Positions 1-10,544 of a stretch of DNA of 64,000 bases are shown here, piece after piece; positions within the stretch are counted from its first letter, which is position 1, and the number at the start of each line of letters is the position of its first letter. The DNA comes from Myxococcota bacterium (GTDB taxonomy: Bacteria; Myxococcota_A; SURF-8), in the NCBI GenBank assembly GCA_965140415.1, contig OZ223209.1, positions 3,776,001-3,840,000 of the forward strand, given 5' to 3'. A program made the position numbers and the translations under genes. The notes under the pieces are model-generated. The model saw nothing but the letters and a program-made list of their open reading frames with translations. It was not told the origin of the DNA and did no database searches.

Positions 1-34
1 GCATGCCAAGTGAGTTTGCCTAAAGCTTCCTGGA

Positions 35-807
35 CGGTTCATCCCCACGGGTGTGGGGAATACCCGGTATGCCCCATTTATTGCAGGTTTTAAGCGCGGT
101 TCATCCCCACGGGTGTGGGGAATACGTGTCGGTATGAACGTTAATCGACAGTTGGGTTCGGTTCATCCCCACGGGTGTGGGGAATACGTTTCTTGCTCGC
201 TGTACAGCTTTTCCCGGTCCACGGTTCATCCCCACGGGTGTGGGGAATACGCTTTCTTGCAAACATAGGCATAAGAGCTTCAATCGGTTCATCCCCACGG
301 GTGTGGGGAATACTCTTCCACAAGTTCATTCACGCGACTAGCAAGCGGTTCATCCCCACGGGTGTGGGGAATACTTGTTCGCCACGTTGCGGATCGTCTT
401 GACCAAACGGTTCATCCCCACGGGTGTGGGGAATACGGAAATTGGACACAGTGTGTGGAATCCGCACGCGGTTCATCCCCACGGGTGTGGGGAATACGGC
501 AAGCCGAGCGCTGTTTTCATGCTTGAAAAACGGTTCATCCCCACGGGTGTGGGGAATACATGTAGTGGATATGCCGCGCTTCTCCGATCAAGCGGTTCAT
601 CCCCACGGGTGTGGGGAATACGTTCTGACTCGCTGGGGATATGATTGGTTTTCTCGGTTCATCCCCACGGGTGTGGGGAATACGCAACGTTTCGCGGAAA
701 GCAGATGCTTCTTCATCGGTTCATCCCCACGGGTGTGGGGAATACCTGAATATAATGATATTGGCAGTATCGGTTCGCCGGTTCATCCCCACGGGTGTGG
801 GGAATAC
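35..807 (-). CRISPR. Type I-E CRISPR array, 13 identical 29-bp repeats (minus strand GTATTCCCCACACCCGTGGGGATGAACCG), 12 full spacers of 32-34 bp; probably continues beyond the window's left edge
   Basis: CGGTTCATCCCCACGGGTGTGGGGAATAC starts at 35, 97, 159, 222, 285, 346, 408, 469, 531, 593, 655, 717 and 779. The reverse complement resembles the E. coli I-E repeat ending AACCG. Adjacent to cas2. Confidence 0.99.
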
Positions 808-856
808 TCTTGAATATTACAGCAGAATTCGCCCAATATCTACTGTATGTGTACAG
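808..856 (-). promoter_or_regulatory. Putative CRISPR leader (only 49 bp between the cas2 stop and the first repeat)
   Basis: AT-rich gap between cas2 and the repeat ending at 807, on the side expected from repeat orientation. Confidence 0.6.
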
Positions 857-1138
857 CTATTTTGGGTTAAAGGTGGAAATCAGTTGAAGACCGTCATACT
901 CCACCACCTTACGGCGAGTGGTTCCATGTGAACGAATCAGAAATCGCTGTTCGTTGTTCGTCGTGTAAATCTGCATGCAACCACGTTCTTTCATCTCTTT
1001 TTTTACTTTTTCCCACAAACGATCCCGCACCATCGCACTCATCGTGCCGACGAATAAACCCGCTTTCGGCTCCACCATCCAGCGACTCAACTCGCCTCGC
1101 AGTCTAGTTGGAGCGTTCTCCACGATCATCACCACCAT
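857..1138 (-). CDS. cas2: Type I-E Cas2
   Basis: MVVMIVENAPTRLRGELSRWMVEPKAGLFVG..SAMVRDRLW is typical Cas2e; position after cas1. Confidence 0.97.
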   Translation of the reverse strand: MVVMIVENAPTRLRGELSRWMVEPKAGLFVGTMSAMVRDRLWEKVKKEMKERGCMQIYTTNNEQRFLIRSHGTTRRKVVEYDGLQLISTFNPK

Positions 1139-2051
1139 AATTCACACCTCCCGACACCGGACCGCTCTCGTTCCAAAGCCAACCCGGCATTGCCTGATCA
1201 ACATCGAAATCACCCACAATTTCTTTCTTCGGGATATCCAAAATGCGGTCGATATCCGGAATGATACGCGATAGGAGGTTGGCGTGGTAAAAGGCGTTCC
1301 GGCACCTTTCGCGAACTCGACCCTCAATCCGGTTTGCACCCTCACTAACTACTTGAAACGACAGAGGGACCGTTACCTCCGCCTTATATAGATCGGCAAT
1401 ATCGTACACAAAAGAAAGCATCTTACCTGTGTGGACGAAACCAATGGCAGGGGAATAACCGGTTGAAACGATCGCGGCATGGCACAATCCATTCAGGCAA
1501 GCGTTGGCGGTTGAAAGGGCTCGGTTAATCGGATCCGCCTGATCCCACTCGCCACGAGTGTAATTGCGTCCCTCCCACTTGACACCTGTCTCTCGGCTGG
1601 CATTCGCATAGGCCTCCCTCACGCGCACGCCCTCTTTTCCTCGGATTTGTTCGATAGTCAGGTCATCCGGCAATCCTTCCGGGAACCGTATCGAATACAT
1701 ATGCCGCACCACTTTCAGACGGCAGTTCGGATTCGCCCATAAAAGCGCCTGCTTTAATTGTCGAGCAGATTTGCGTGTCTCACCAAGGCCTTGTGCATAG
1801 AACCGCGTTGCGTCGGCACCGGTCCATACCACTGAACAACCGTTATCAGCCAATGCGCTCATGGCGGCGTGCGTGACACTTGTCCCAGGTCCAAGAAAAA
1901 TGACCGCGAGCGATGAGGCAGGAACCGCCACGACGTCCCGTTCGTTAGTGAAGCAAACCGACGACTGGCTTTTCTCCAAATGCCCATACTCAAGGTACAA
2001 ATAACTCAATCCGTCCCTAAACTTAGGTAGAATGTGCAGATCCTCTGGCAT
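1104..2051 (-). CDS. cas1: Type I-E Cas1
   Basis: LGPGTSVTHAA, QIRGKEGVRVR, DPINRALS, GYSPAIGFVHTG and SFVYDIADLYK motifs. Confidence 0.98.
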   Translation of the reverse strand: MPEDLHILPKFRDGLSYLYLEYGHLEKSQSSVCFTNERDVVAVPASSLAVIFLGPGTSVTHAAMSALADNGCSVVWTGADATRFYAQGLGETRKSARQLKQALLWANPNCRLKVVRHMYSIRFPEGLPDDLTIEQIRGKEGVRVREAYANASRETGVKWEGRNYTRGEWDQADPINRALSTANACLNGLCHAAIVSTGYSPAIGFVHTGKMLSFVYDIADLYKAEVTVPLSFQVVSEGANRIEGRVRERCRNAFYHANLLSRIIPDIDRILDIPKKEIVGDFDVDQAMPGWLWNESGPVSGGVNYGGDDRGERSN

Positions 2052-2150
2052 TGTACACCCCCTTTTACGAGAATTGGTTACACGCTTACCTTAAGCTATT
2101 CGGTTGTCAAAGAACATCCTCTTCTGGCTCCTGGTGAGTCAGAATATGTC

Positions 2151-2750
2151 TTACGATATTCGCGCCAACGACAACAAGCCGAAGCCGAAGGCCTTGGCAG
2201 GGCCGATCCCCTCCCGTAGCGCCTCGGCCAGGCGCTCCCCATCAGTTACCTCCAAGACTCCCTCGAAGCGCGCGGAGTTGAACAACAGACGTTGCCTGCC
2301 GTTGGCGGTTGGCTTGAAACCGTATACCGACCCTTCCGGAATGACCTGCACTCCTAGCACCCTCGCTCCTGCAACTTCCAATTTGCGAGCCAGCCATGCC
2401 TGCATCTCAGCATCTTTCAGAACCGCCCTGCGTTTGCCGTCGCGCTTTACGATAGGATTGGCCCGTAGACGAAATTGGTAGCGCCTCCCGACTAAAAAGG
2501 TGGGCTCAAAGGATTTTGGAGGATCGATACGCGCGGGTATGTTTTCGGAATCGAAATTCGGCTCGACTTCGCTCTGAACCAGCCACACGCTCATACCATT
2601 ACCGGTTTCCGGTTCGATACGATGCAGAACCCGACATCCCGGCGCACCCTTAAATGCATCCATCACGAGTTGATGTCGGTAATAGGCATCTGAGAGCAAC
2701 CGTTGCGTTCGTCGATCCGCCAATGGCAAAATCAATCGGCTGATGTACAT
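2151..2750 (-). CDS. cas6e: Cas6e/Cse3 crRNA endonuclease
   Basis: MYISRL start, FRLRANP, C-terminal GIGPAKAFGFGLLSL glycine loop. Confidence 0.97.
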   Translation of the reverse strand: MYISRLILPLADRRTQRLLSDAYYRHQLVMDAFKGAPGCRVLHRIEPETGNGMSVWLVQSEVEPNFDSENIPARIDPPKSFEPTFLVGRRYQFRLRANPIVKRDGKRRAVLKDAEMQAWLARKLEVAGARVLGVQVIPEGSVYGFKPTANGRQRLLFNSARFEGVLEVTDGERLAEALREGIGPAKAFGFGLLSLARIS

Positions 2751-3424
2751 TTCGCCTCCTTTTCGTCATTCTCTTGTGGTGACGCACAGTGATCCAACCG
2801 TACTTTACGGATACCGTATCGACGGCGCAGGGGATCGAAGGAGAGCGGCACATCCTGGCGGTCATGTCCCTCCTCGCCGGGTCGGCACTCGATCACGAGG
2901 CGCAAACGCTCTGGTGGCGTGCATGGCACTTGCGGCAGAATGGACGGATATGTTCGCAGCGTCTCTTCAAGTTTACCGTTTTTCAATACACCATCCGGCA
3001 GCCAGATAGGCAGTGCAGGCGGACAGGATTTGCGCCCAAGAAACAGCGGCCATTTCGGAGCTTTCAACGCCGCATACAACTTTTTTAGCAGTTCATAGTC
3101 ACCTTCCAAGCCAACAAGGAAAGCGGCGTCCATCAGGTAGTAGCGATTGGAAATAACCGTTGGTGCCTGACCACCGCCTGCGCGGCACACGTCCTGTGCT
3201 GTGTGAAAATCTCGAAGCACACGGCCTTCCCTGTCCACCCGCACCCCCATGCGCAGTACGTTCAGGTCCTCCATTTCCTCGTGTCGGTCCCGTCCCAGGG
3301 CAGCTGCCAGCAGACCCACAATACCGGACTTGCTCGGCTCCCGCTCGGTATCCCGCTCCCCGAAGCGGCTGCGGGTGCCCCAGGATTGCATCGGCCCGAC
3401 ACATCGCAACAGCAACGTGCTCAT
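2732..3424 (-). CDS. cas5e: Cas5e
   Basis: GPMQSWG...R.TEREPSKSGIVGLLAAALG and LFLGRKSCPP. Confidence 0.97.
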   Translation of the reverse strand: MSTLLLRCVGPMQSWGTRSRFGERDTEREPSKSGIVGLLAAALGRDRHEEMEDLNVLRMGVRVDREGRVLRDFHTAQDVCRAGGGQAPTVISNRYYLMDAAFLVGLEGDYELLKKLYAALKAPKWPLFLGRKSCPPALPIWLPDGVLKNGKLEETLRTYPSILPQVPCTPPERLRLVIECRPGEEGHDRQDVPLSFDPLRRRYGIRKVRLDHCASPQENDEKEAKCTSAD

Positions 3425-4521
3425 GGCAGTTCTTGCAGAACGGAATCGATCAGGCCGGGGATCCCAAGTGATTCCTTATCGTATTGACTGCAAATGAGTT
3501 TTTTACGAATACTGTCCGAGCCGTACATGCGTTCCAGATTGTCCAGGTGTTCCATGAGCGCCTTCGCCGATAGTTCAGAAACGTCATCTCCTCCGTTGCG
3601 TTTCGGTCGTATCGGGCGAGCGAAGGCATTTGCCAGGTTCCAGGGGTCGTTCGTATCTTTCACGACTGCTAAAATATAAGTTGGAGGATTGTGCGCCGCC
3701 ATGCTGTTCTGCTTCCCGGTCGGTATGGCTTTGATTGATGCCTCCAGCCAGGCGCGAATTCCGGCACGCGACAATTCACCGTCACCACCCAGGTTTTGCG
3801 ACAGATGCTCGACGTGTAACACCTGATAGCGATAGAAGCAGGAACTATTGAACTCAACCACACCCATCATCCCGGCCCCGGTGTCTTCGTTGGGATTCAA
3901 ATCATCTACGGCAGTGTAGAAATCCATTTCCATCTGCACCTGGTTGGTACTGATGGCATGCGCCACCTGACAGGCGGCGTCGATGTTGTCCTGAGGTCGG
4001 TCGGCGAGCATACGTCCGAACAGCGCGATATCAACCGCCCGGGTGCCGTCCAATAGAACATGAAGATTTTTTTCCAAATCCTTGGGGATCGCTCCCTTGG
4101 CTTTCTTTTTACCGATGGACACCTTTTCCAAATCATCCCACGCTTCGTTGCAGGCATTTGCAAAGGACTCGATGGAAGACTCCGCCAAAAACAACAAGTA
4201 CTCGGTTTTCCCCTCCTTCACACCAAGACCGATACTTTCCAACGCAGCCTGCACTACCTGGGCAGCAGCATCCTCTTCTCGACCCTTATCGACAAGGTAG
4301 GGTACGGCTTTTTCGATTAGACGTTTGGTACGGGCTCCCAGACTCTCGGCAGGAAGCAGGGCGTGTTCGCGGCAAAAATCGCGGATCGCCTTTTTAGAAC
4401 ACTGGCTGGAGATGCGCGCCCGGCGGTAGCCGCCGAAAACGCAATCCTTGGGAGCGTTCGTGTCGTCGCGATTCAGATTGTGCGGCGCAAAGTTTTGAAT
4501 GACATGCAGTTCGATCAACAT
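3421..4521 (-). CDS. cas7e: Cas7e/Cse4
   Basis: NLNRDDTNAPKD..FGG..RARISSQC.K, DIALFGRMLA, QVAHAIST, DFYTAVDD, PTGKQNS.A. Confidence 0.98.
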   Translation of the reverse strand: MLIELHVIQNFAPHNLNRDDTNAPKDCVFGGYRRARISSQCSKKAIRDFCREHALLPAESLGARTKRLIEKAVPYLVDKGREEDAAAQVVQAALESIGLGVKEGKTEYLLFLAESSIESFANACNEAWDDLEKVSIGKKKAKGAIPKDLEKNLHVLLDGTRAVDIALFGRMLADRPQDNIDAACQVAHAISTNQVQMEMDFYTAVDDLNPNEDTGAGMMGVVEFNSSCFYRYQVLHVEHLSQNLGGDGELSRAGIRAWLEASIKAIPTGKQNSMAAHNPPTYILAVVKDTNDPWNLANAFARPIRPKRNGGDDVSELSAKALMEHLDNLERMYGSDSIRKKLICSQYDKESLGIPGLIDSVLQELP

Positions 4522-4530
4522 GGTTTCCTC

Positions 4531-5052
4531 CTATTCCTCTTCCTCTGTATTGTTGTCTGAAAGGGATTCATCGTTCTCATTTTGACGTTTTCCCCAGTAA
4601 TCTCCGGCCCATCGCCGTTGCACGTAGCGATCCGGATGGTCCCAGTGCAGGATGTCGTCCAGCAATTGGGCGTAATCCAGGCCGATATCACGAGTTTTCA
4701 ATAGGCCGATGCACTGGCGCAGATGCGTGTCCAATTCATCCGGGTGGGCATTCAATAGCACCATGAAACGCTTCTCCGCGCTGTCGTTGTCGCTGACGTT
4801 TCTTAACGCCAGGCCGAATCCGGCTTCGGCCCTGTGCTTTGGATGCATGGCGAACAGCGTCGCCACGAGGAAATAAGCGTCCTGCTGCCCCCAATCCGCA
4901 GGCGGTAGATAAGGCACGACCAGCGGCATCATCTCTACCGCCTGTCCCGGCGGCTTACCCAAGCCGCGTCTGAGCCGCGCCAGGGCGGCCCGGTCGTCCC
5001 GTTTTGCGTATCCATTTAAGTGTTCGATAAATCGTTCGATTGCGGCATGCAT
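4531..5052 (-). CDS. cse2: Cas11e/Cse2 small subunit
   Basis: ALARLRRGLGKPPG, LDYAQLLDDILHW and VQRRWA.DYW; operon position. Confidence 0.95.
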   Translation of the reverse strand: MHAAIERFIEHLNGYAKRDDRAALARLRRGLGKPPGQAVEMMPLVVPYLPPADWGQQDAYFLVATLFAMHPKHRAEAGFGLALRNVSDNDSAEKRFMVLLNAHPDELDTHLRQCIGLLKTRDIGLDYAQLLDDILHWDHPDRYVQRRWAGDYWGKRQNENDESLSDNNTEEEE

Positions 5053-5076
5053 GCCACACCTCCTTTGCCGATAGGC

Positions 5077-6600
5077 TTAGCTAATCTTCCCCAGACTGCC
5101 GAAAAACAGATTTCCAGCCTGAGAACGTAATTTCAGATCACGGGCGGACACTCCTACGATAATATCTGCTGTTTCGTTGAAAGCTTGTCGAGCCACATGC
5201 TTGCAGGTTTTCACCCACTCTTCATAGGCAACACCAGGATTTTCCGGTAAGGCAAACAGAAAATCGTAAAACTCAGGCTCCAGATGCACCCAGTAGGTCG
5301 AGCGGTCCGTCAGTTTACGGATGGCATCGTTTTCCTTACCTTTTGGGACATGGCCCTCCCCGAAGAGGACATAAATTGCTAGTCTTTTCAAAGCATAGGC
5401 AACGGTGGCCCCTACGTTTTCCGCTGTTTCCAGACCTTTCTCCAGCTGCTCAGCAGCCGTGTGATCGGCCAACAGCGTTTCTGGAACAGGCAATTCCTCC
5501 TGCCGCCAGGCGAGGAGTTTGGCCTGATCATTAACCAATCCCACCACACACAAAGTGAACTCAGGCGGTTCGGGGATCAGGAAAAGCAACCTTTCCCACT
5601 GTCGCACGACGGCAGGTCGCAGATCCTCTTTGGCTTGTACCAGCAAAGCATGGCTATCACGCCATAGCGCCCGATCAATTTGGAGATTGACAGGGTAGAC
5701 ATCACCTTTTTTTGTAAAATGATAGGGTGTAAATGGTCCACGGATGTCAATGTCCCGACTGAGTGATTCTCCCTGTGCCATGTACATGCCACATACTTGG
5801 TTTTCTTCGTTTGAGACGAAACGGACAATTCTTGGTTGCAGAGTCAGATAGTCGAGATATCCATCAGGCATACGCTTTTCCGGCCGAGGCGGTATGGATC
5901 GTTCCCAACTCGGACAGTCATTCTCGTTCCCTATGACCGGCCAATCCGGTTCAGACAGGAGATTCATCAGAAAAGTATCGAACAGCGACGGACCTTTCAG
6001 AAAGACACTCAAACCGCCTAAACCCAGGGCACTTCCGAGGTACGGGTGCTCCCCGAATAGATTGCTTGTTCCACCTTTTCCTCCACCAACTGCGAAATTC
6101 TGCACTGTGATAAGTCTTTGGGCTGCTTCTTGCGGTCCCAGATATCTCCCTTCATCATCCATGTTGTGATCAAACAAAGTTGCATTGGATCCTGCTGCCA
6201 TTTCGTGAAGCAGACTGTTCAATGGGAACGGAAGTTTCTCTTGGTTCTCTTTGCCGTCCACGACCGCAAACCCCGCCACCTGATAAAATGGCCGTTCCGG
6301 GTGAAACAGATCGAAACGTTCGTGCCAATGGTCAAGGTAGTCATCCACGGCTTTCGGATCGAACCGACCCTCCTGCCACAAGGCGAGCCAGTGGTCGTCA
6401 TCGCGGGGACCACCCACGATTCGGTGAGCGACAGCAATTAGGAAACGGTACAAAGCCGCCGTAATCAGTGGTGTTTCGCCACGAATCTGCTCGATTTCAT
6501 GAGCGTTGCGAAACACGTCGTGGATGCCAAAATGCTCGAAGCCTCCCGACTTCGTGACACAGGGCACCCAGCTCTCGTCAATCAGGTTGAAAGTGGGCAT
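5077..6600 (-). CDS. cse1: Cas8e/Cse1 large subunit
   Basis: FNLIDESWVP, YLDHWHERFDLFHPERPFYQV, SNATLFDH. Confidence 0.96.
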   Translation of the reverse strand: MPTFNLIDESWVPCVTKSGGFEHFGIHDVFRNAHEIEQIRGETPLITAALYRFLIAVAHRIVGGPRDDDHWLALWQEGRFDPKAVDDYLDHWHERFDLFHPERPFYQVAGFAVVDGKENQEKLPFPLNSLLHEMAAGSNATLFDHNMDDEGRYLGPQEAAQRLITVQNFAVGGGKGGTSNLFGEHPYLGSALGLGGLSVFLKGPSLFDTFLMNLLSEPDWPVIGNENDCPSWERSIPPRPEKRMPDGYLDYLTLQPRIVRFVSNEENQVCGMYMAQGESLSRDIDIRGPFTPYHFTKKGDVYPVNLQIDRALWRDSHALLVQAKEDLRPAVVRQWERLLFLIPEPPEFTLCVVGLVNDQAKLLAWRQEELPVPETLLADHTAAEQLEKGLETAENVGATVAYALKRLAIYVLFGEGHVPKGKENDAIRKLTDRSTYWVHLEPEFYDFLFALPENPGVAYEEWVKTCKHVARQAFNETADIIVGVSARDLKLRSQAGNLFFGSLGKIS

Positions 6601-6615
6601 AATTTCTCTCCGAGC

Positions 6616-9309
6616 TTAAGGTTTCGGTACGATCAGACCCCGTTGCACACATAATTGCAGCGGCGGAAGCGTTTTGTGCGAATCTTCCGCTCGCAGAACA
6701 CCATCATGAAAAACTGCGATCCGGCAGTAACGCAGATACGGGATCTGTTTCCAAATCGTAGGACAAGGGTGTGACAGAAAATGTCTTACCCACTCAAAAT
6801 GTTGGAGCGAGACGGTCGCCAGGTGGAGTTGCTCCACCATTTCCTCGTCCGGTCTGTCTTGCAATGAAACTTCGATACCGGTCGGGAGGTACAACGATCC
6901 TTCTTTTTCGTGTAAACACACGAGTGTAACGGAGGGACGGGTAAGGCGGGTATGCATTTGGAGAACACGGCCGCCACTCTCACCTTCATCATCAATCGCC
7001 TGATGGATACGCTGAAAGATCGAATCGGCGGGATCGGGCATGAGTTGGTTACTGGCACTTTGTCGGGCTACACCTTCGCGCTTCTGCATACCAAGCTTGG
7101 CGTTTCGAAGCACCTCAGTTAATTCCTCTGTGATATCAGCAGGCTCCGTGTTTTCTCCATAAACCGCTTCCACCAGTTCCCGCATATCGGCAGGAATAGA
7201 AACGTTGGAACGGTCGCGGATCGTGAGCCACGTTCGCAACAGTACATAGGGTTCATAGACAAATCCGCTTGTACCAAGTTGAGGTACACCTGATTGGACA
7301 GGGGGATCTATCCACGCAAAGCATGGTGTTTCCAATCCAGGAGGACGATATCCGCGACGGTGCCGATGCAAGCGACCCATACGCTGCAACATCAGATCGA
7401 TGGGAGCCAGTTCACTGACCATAAAATCGAAATCCAGATCAAGGCTCTGTTCGATCACCTGCGTGGCTACAAGGATCGCCTTGTTCGGACGGTTTGAGCT
7501 TGATTTTCCGAAGCGCTCCAGCACTTCTTGCTCTCGACTCAAGCGATCCGAAAGAGGAAATCTGGCATGGAACAGAAACACTTCGATATCATTTTCCGCC
7601 TTCTCTCGTATCAGACTGTACGTTTCCTGTGCGTTCTGTATCGTGTTGCAGATCCAAGCGGCACATCCTCCCCGTTCAATGCGTGCGAGCACGGTATCGA
7701 CGACGCTTTCTAAGTGGATTTCTTCACTTTGAGAGGGAACAGGAGGAGAAAGGCGTTCCCATTTTACCTCGTGGCGCTTCTGAATTTCTAACACGCTTTC
7801 ACTCACTTCGCCGCTTGGGAAGACGGCTGAGAGTAAAGGATAACCAGATGTTGCGGGAACCACGTGGTTCGCATCGGTGAAGGTGGCGAGAAGTTCCATT
7901 CGTCGCTTTTGCGGCAAGGTCGCCGACAACAGTACGACATCTGCTCCAAGTGCGTGCAACCATTGCAACAAACGATCCAGTAAGCTGGACATATATGCAT
8001 CATAGGCGTGAACTTCGTCGAAAATGACTACCTTCGATCCCAACCCGAAAAGCCGAAGGCCGACATGGCGTACTTGCAGCGCCCCCAATAGAGCCTGATC
8101 GATGGTCCCAACTCCAAAAGGGGAAAGAAGTTGCCGTTTTCGCCCCATGAACCATTCACGGGCAACCAGAGAGCTTGTATCTCCCGGTTCATTTTCCCGA
8201 TGACGCAACTTCCGATACTCCCGATTCAGCAGGGACGATCCATGCACGAGATGGATATCGGTGTGAAAAGGCACTTCCGGATGATTCCCAAGAAACTCCT
8301 TTACGCGGCCAAACATCTGATTGCTGGTCGCCTGCGTCGGCAAAGCGACATACAAACCGTTTTTTCCGTGCGCCGCCGCCATGGCATCCGAAGCTGCAAG
8401 TGCGGCTTCCGTTTTGCCCATGCCCATGGGTGCTTCGATGAGAAGTAGTCGGGGTGTTGTCGTGCCGGAGACGAGATCAATCGTAGCCGTTTGAATTTGA
8501 TTCGGAGAAGGAAACCCCGGAAAAAGTGTCGGGAATGCAGACGGGTGATCGAAAGCGGGATAAGCATGGAACCCAGTATTTCGCACCGCCTGCGCCGCCT
8601 TTTCCCGCGCATTTAAAAGATATCCTTCCAACCCGCCTTCTGGGACACCGATCGCCGGGAAGTATTCCTCAGAAGAACCCAACCAGTCGCACAAATTGAC
8701 AAATCCGGTCAGCCAAATCATCCAGCCGGAGGAGAATCGCCCATCGGAAAAGAATTGTTTCGGAACGGTTACTTCAAAAGTCTCCGCAAGGAGGGATAAC
8801 ATGCATTCCCGCTGTTCCTGCCAGAAAGCGGGTTCCAGACCAGGGATATGTACTTTCCCTCTCCATGATTTAAGAAACTCGCCATGGTGTGATCCGAGAA
8901 TCCAGGATAACAAATTCGAGGGGATGTGCGATACACCAAGTCGTTGCAAGTAAACACATACCGATATCCAGGTCAGCATTCCGTGATTCGTCTCGTGTTT
9001 GCCCGATGCGGGAATGTGCAGTTTGACTTCGTTCGAAACGAGCTCCTCACGTTTGCTCTGAAATCCGGGGGAGACTTTACCGATGTCATGGATGGCGGCC
9101 AGATACGCCAGGAAACGTCGAGCAGAAAGAATATCGCATTCGAGAAATGGATCGCGGAGCATTCCGGCGATGTTCTGCCATCCCGGCTGGCCAAGAAGGT
9201 TCTCTGCTACACATCCCACATCGATCATATGGCAGAGTGCCGAATGAAAGTTGCCATCAGGTGAGCTCTTACCCCAATGCAGAAATAAATCCTTGGTATT
9301 GCTAGGCAT
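6616..9309 (-). CDS. cas3: Cas3 HD nuclease-helicase
   Basis: HD domain (CHMIDVG, HDIGK, HHG); helicase motifs EAPMGMGKTE, DEVHAYD, LSATLP, QRMGRLHRH. Confidence 0.98.
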   Translation of the reverse strand: MPSNTKDLFLHWGKSSPDGNFHSALCHMIDVGCVAENLLGQPGWQNIAGMLRDPFLECDILSARRFLAYLAAIHDIGKVSPGFQSKREELVSNEVKLHIPASGKHETNHGMLTWISVCVYLQRLGVSHIPSNLLSWILGSHHGEFLKSWRGKVHIPGLEPAFWQEQRECMLSLLAETFEVTVPKQFFSDGRFSSGWMIWLTGFVNLCDWLGSSEEYFPAIGVPEGGLEGYLLNAREKAAQAVRNTGFHAYPAFDHPSAFPTLFPGFPSPNQIQTATIDLVSGTTTPRLLLIEAPMGMGKTEAALAASDAMAAAHGKNGLYVALPTQATSNQMFGRVKEFLGNHPEVPFHTDIHLVHGSSLLNREYRKLRHRENEPGDTSSLVAREWFMGRKRQLLSPFGVGTIDQALLGALQVRHVGLRLFGLGSKVVIFDEVHAYDAYMSSLLDRLLQWLHALGADVVLLSATLPQKRRMELLATFTDANHVVPATSGYPLLSAVFPSGEVSESVLEIQKRHEVKWERLSPPVPSQSEEIHLESVVDTVLARIERGGCAAWICNTIQNAQETYSLIREKAENDIEVFLFHARFPLSDRLSREQEVLERFGKSSSNRPNKAILVATQVIEQSLDLDFDFMVSELAPIDLMLQRMGRLHRHRRGYRPPGLETPCFAWIDPPVQSGVPQLGTSGFVYEPYVLLRTWLTIRDRSNVSIPADMRELVEAVYGENTEPADITEELTEVLRNAKLGMQKREGVARQSASNQLMPDPADSIFQRIHQAIDDEGESGGRVLQMHTRLTRPSVTLVCLHEKEGSLYLPTGIEVSLQDRPDEEMVEQLHLATVSLQHFEWVRHFLSHPCPTIWKQIPYLRYCRIAVFHDGVLRAEDSHKTLPPLQLCVQRGLIVPKP

Positions 9310-9595
9310 GGTCTAAATTCTCCGAATGTGATTTGCTTGTCGGATCTTCTGGTTTGTATTTCTAGATCGCCGGAGCGATGTATATTTACCATGAAGTCCA
9401 TTCCTCAAACGGATTAAAACACCTTGTAAAGTTTTAAAATTGAGGAATGGTAATGAAAAAGAGTAGCCGGAAAGAGAGACTGGCACAAGCGGTTTATGTA
9501 ACAAATAATGACGCGGTGTTCATCTAGGTATTACTTGAAATTACTTGAAATGCGCCTCAACCAAGGGTACCACGGCCTTTCGCCTGAAAGGCGAA

Positions 9596-9645
9596 CCAGA
9601 TGAAGTCTAACATCATTATTGGATTCTCGTTAGAGGGTCAGGTCA
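9596..9645 (-). mobile_element. Isolated left-end (IRL) remnant of the IS3-family element at 18580-19842
   Basis: gaagtctaacatcattattggattctcgttagagggtcaggtca is nearly identical to 19799-19842. Confidence 0.85.
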
Positions 9646-10079
9646 GGAGTACTTGCCATTTGCTTTAAATATTTGATGGTTGTATTCCTTCTAGGGCTGC
9701 ATTCGCAGATTTGGGAAAGCCATCGCAATTCAGAATACCTCTAAAACGCCTCAGGATTCGATGTCATCGAATTCCAAGGTCTTTAATAGGTTATCCTCCC
9801 CATTTATTGCCAAAACCGCTTACATTTAAAATGTGAACGAGTGTTGAGGTCGAGAAAAAAAACAGGAAATAGAAATTATTGGCTTTCCCTTTTTTAGTTT
9901 TCATCAGTTACACAGAAGCAGACAACTCAGGATTGTAAGCGCCATGAGCTTGGAGATGCGAGGGATCGTCACGGGGCTGGTTCAACGAGCATCGGACGAG
10001 GCGCTACCAAGTGCGAGCGGACTGTCTGATTCCCATACTGCTGTCTCCTTTGAGAGGTTTTCTTGAAGCGCTTTATAGA

Positions 10080-10320
10080 AATCAATCCGTCCGAGCGGAT
10101 GCTCCAATATTTCGGAAAGGGAGCTTCGGCCTTTACGAAGAAGATGTGCCAGGGGAAGGAAGCGAAACTCGAATTCGATTCGGCCTTCAAGGTGAAGGGT
10201 CATTAGGTGTGTGTATAGCCGTCTCCTGGCCTATGTGTTCATTAAGCAACCGGACGGCACATGGTTCGTCGAGCTGATCAAGCAGGGCTATGCCCATGCT
10301 TATACTCGGTTCCATAAGCT
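10080..10320 (+). pseudogene. Frameshifted thermonuclease (SNase-like) fragment
   Basis: Two frames give QYFGKGASAFTKKMCQGKEAKLEFD and VYSRLLAYVF..ELIKQGYAHAYTRF, typical SNase segments. They are separated by a stop/frameshift and the N-terminus is missing. Confidence 0.65.
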
Positions 10321-10544
10321 TCGGGGCGGGGCGGCTGGGGTCGCGTCCGGGGTCGCGTCCGGGATAAACATTACGGTCCCGGGAACTCCCTCGCCGCCCC
10401 ATCAACCGCTTTCCATCGCACAATAGTCTCCCTTAATTCTCCCTTACCACCTGTCCCAAAGTTGCTAACGGTGGACAGGCAGCTATATTTAGATATGATA
10501 TAGCAGTATTCTAAGTTCAGTAACAAATTCTAAGGAAAAATAGA

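Noticed and set aside
64-778. Self-targeting of the island by I-E spacers
   Set aside because: No match noticed by eye, but this was not an exhaustive search; needs BLASTN-short.
53-931. Short ORFs across the CRISPR array
   Set aside because: Translations of repeats and spacers (GSSPRVWG, RFIPTGVGN, VHPHGCGE).
9530-9551. Tandem ATTACTTGAA x2 upstream of cas3 as a regulator site
   Set aside because: A single short AT-rich duplication next to IS debris; insufficient support.
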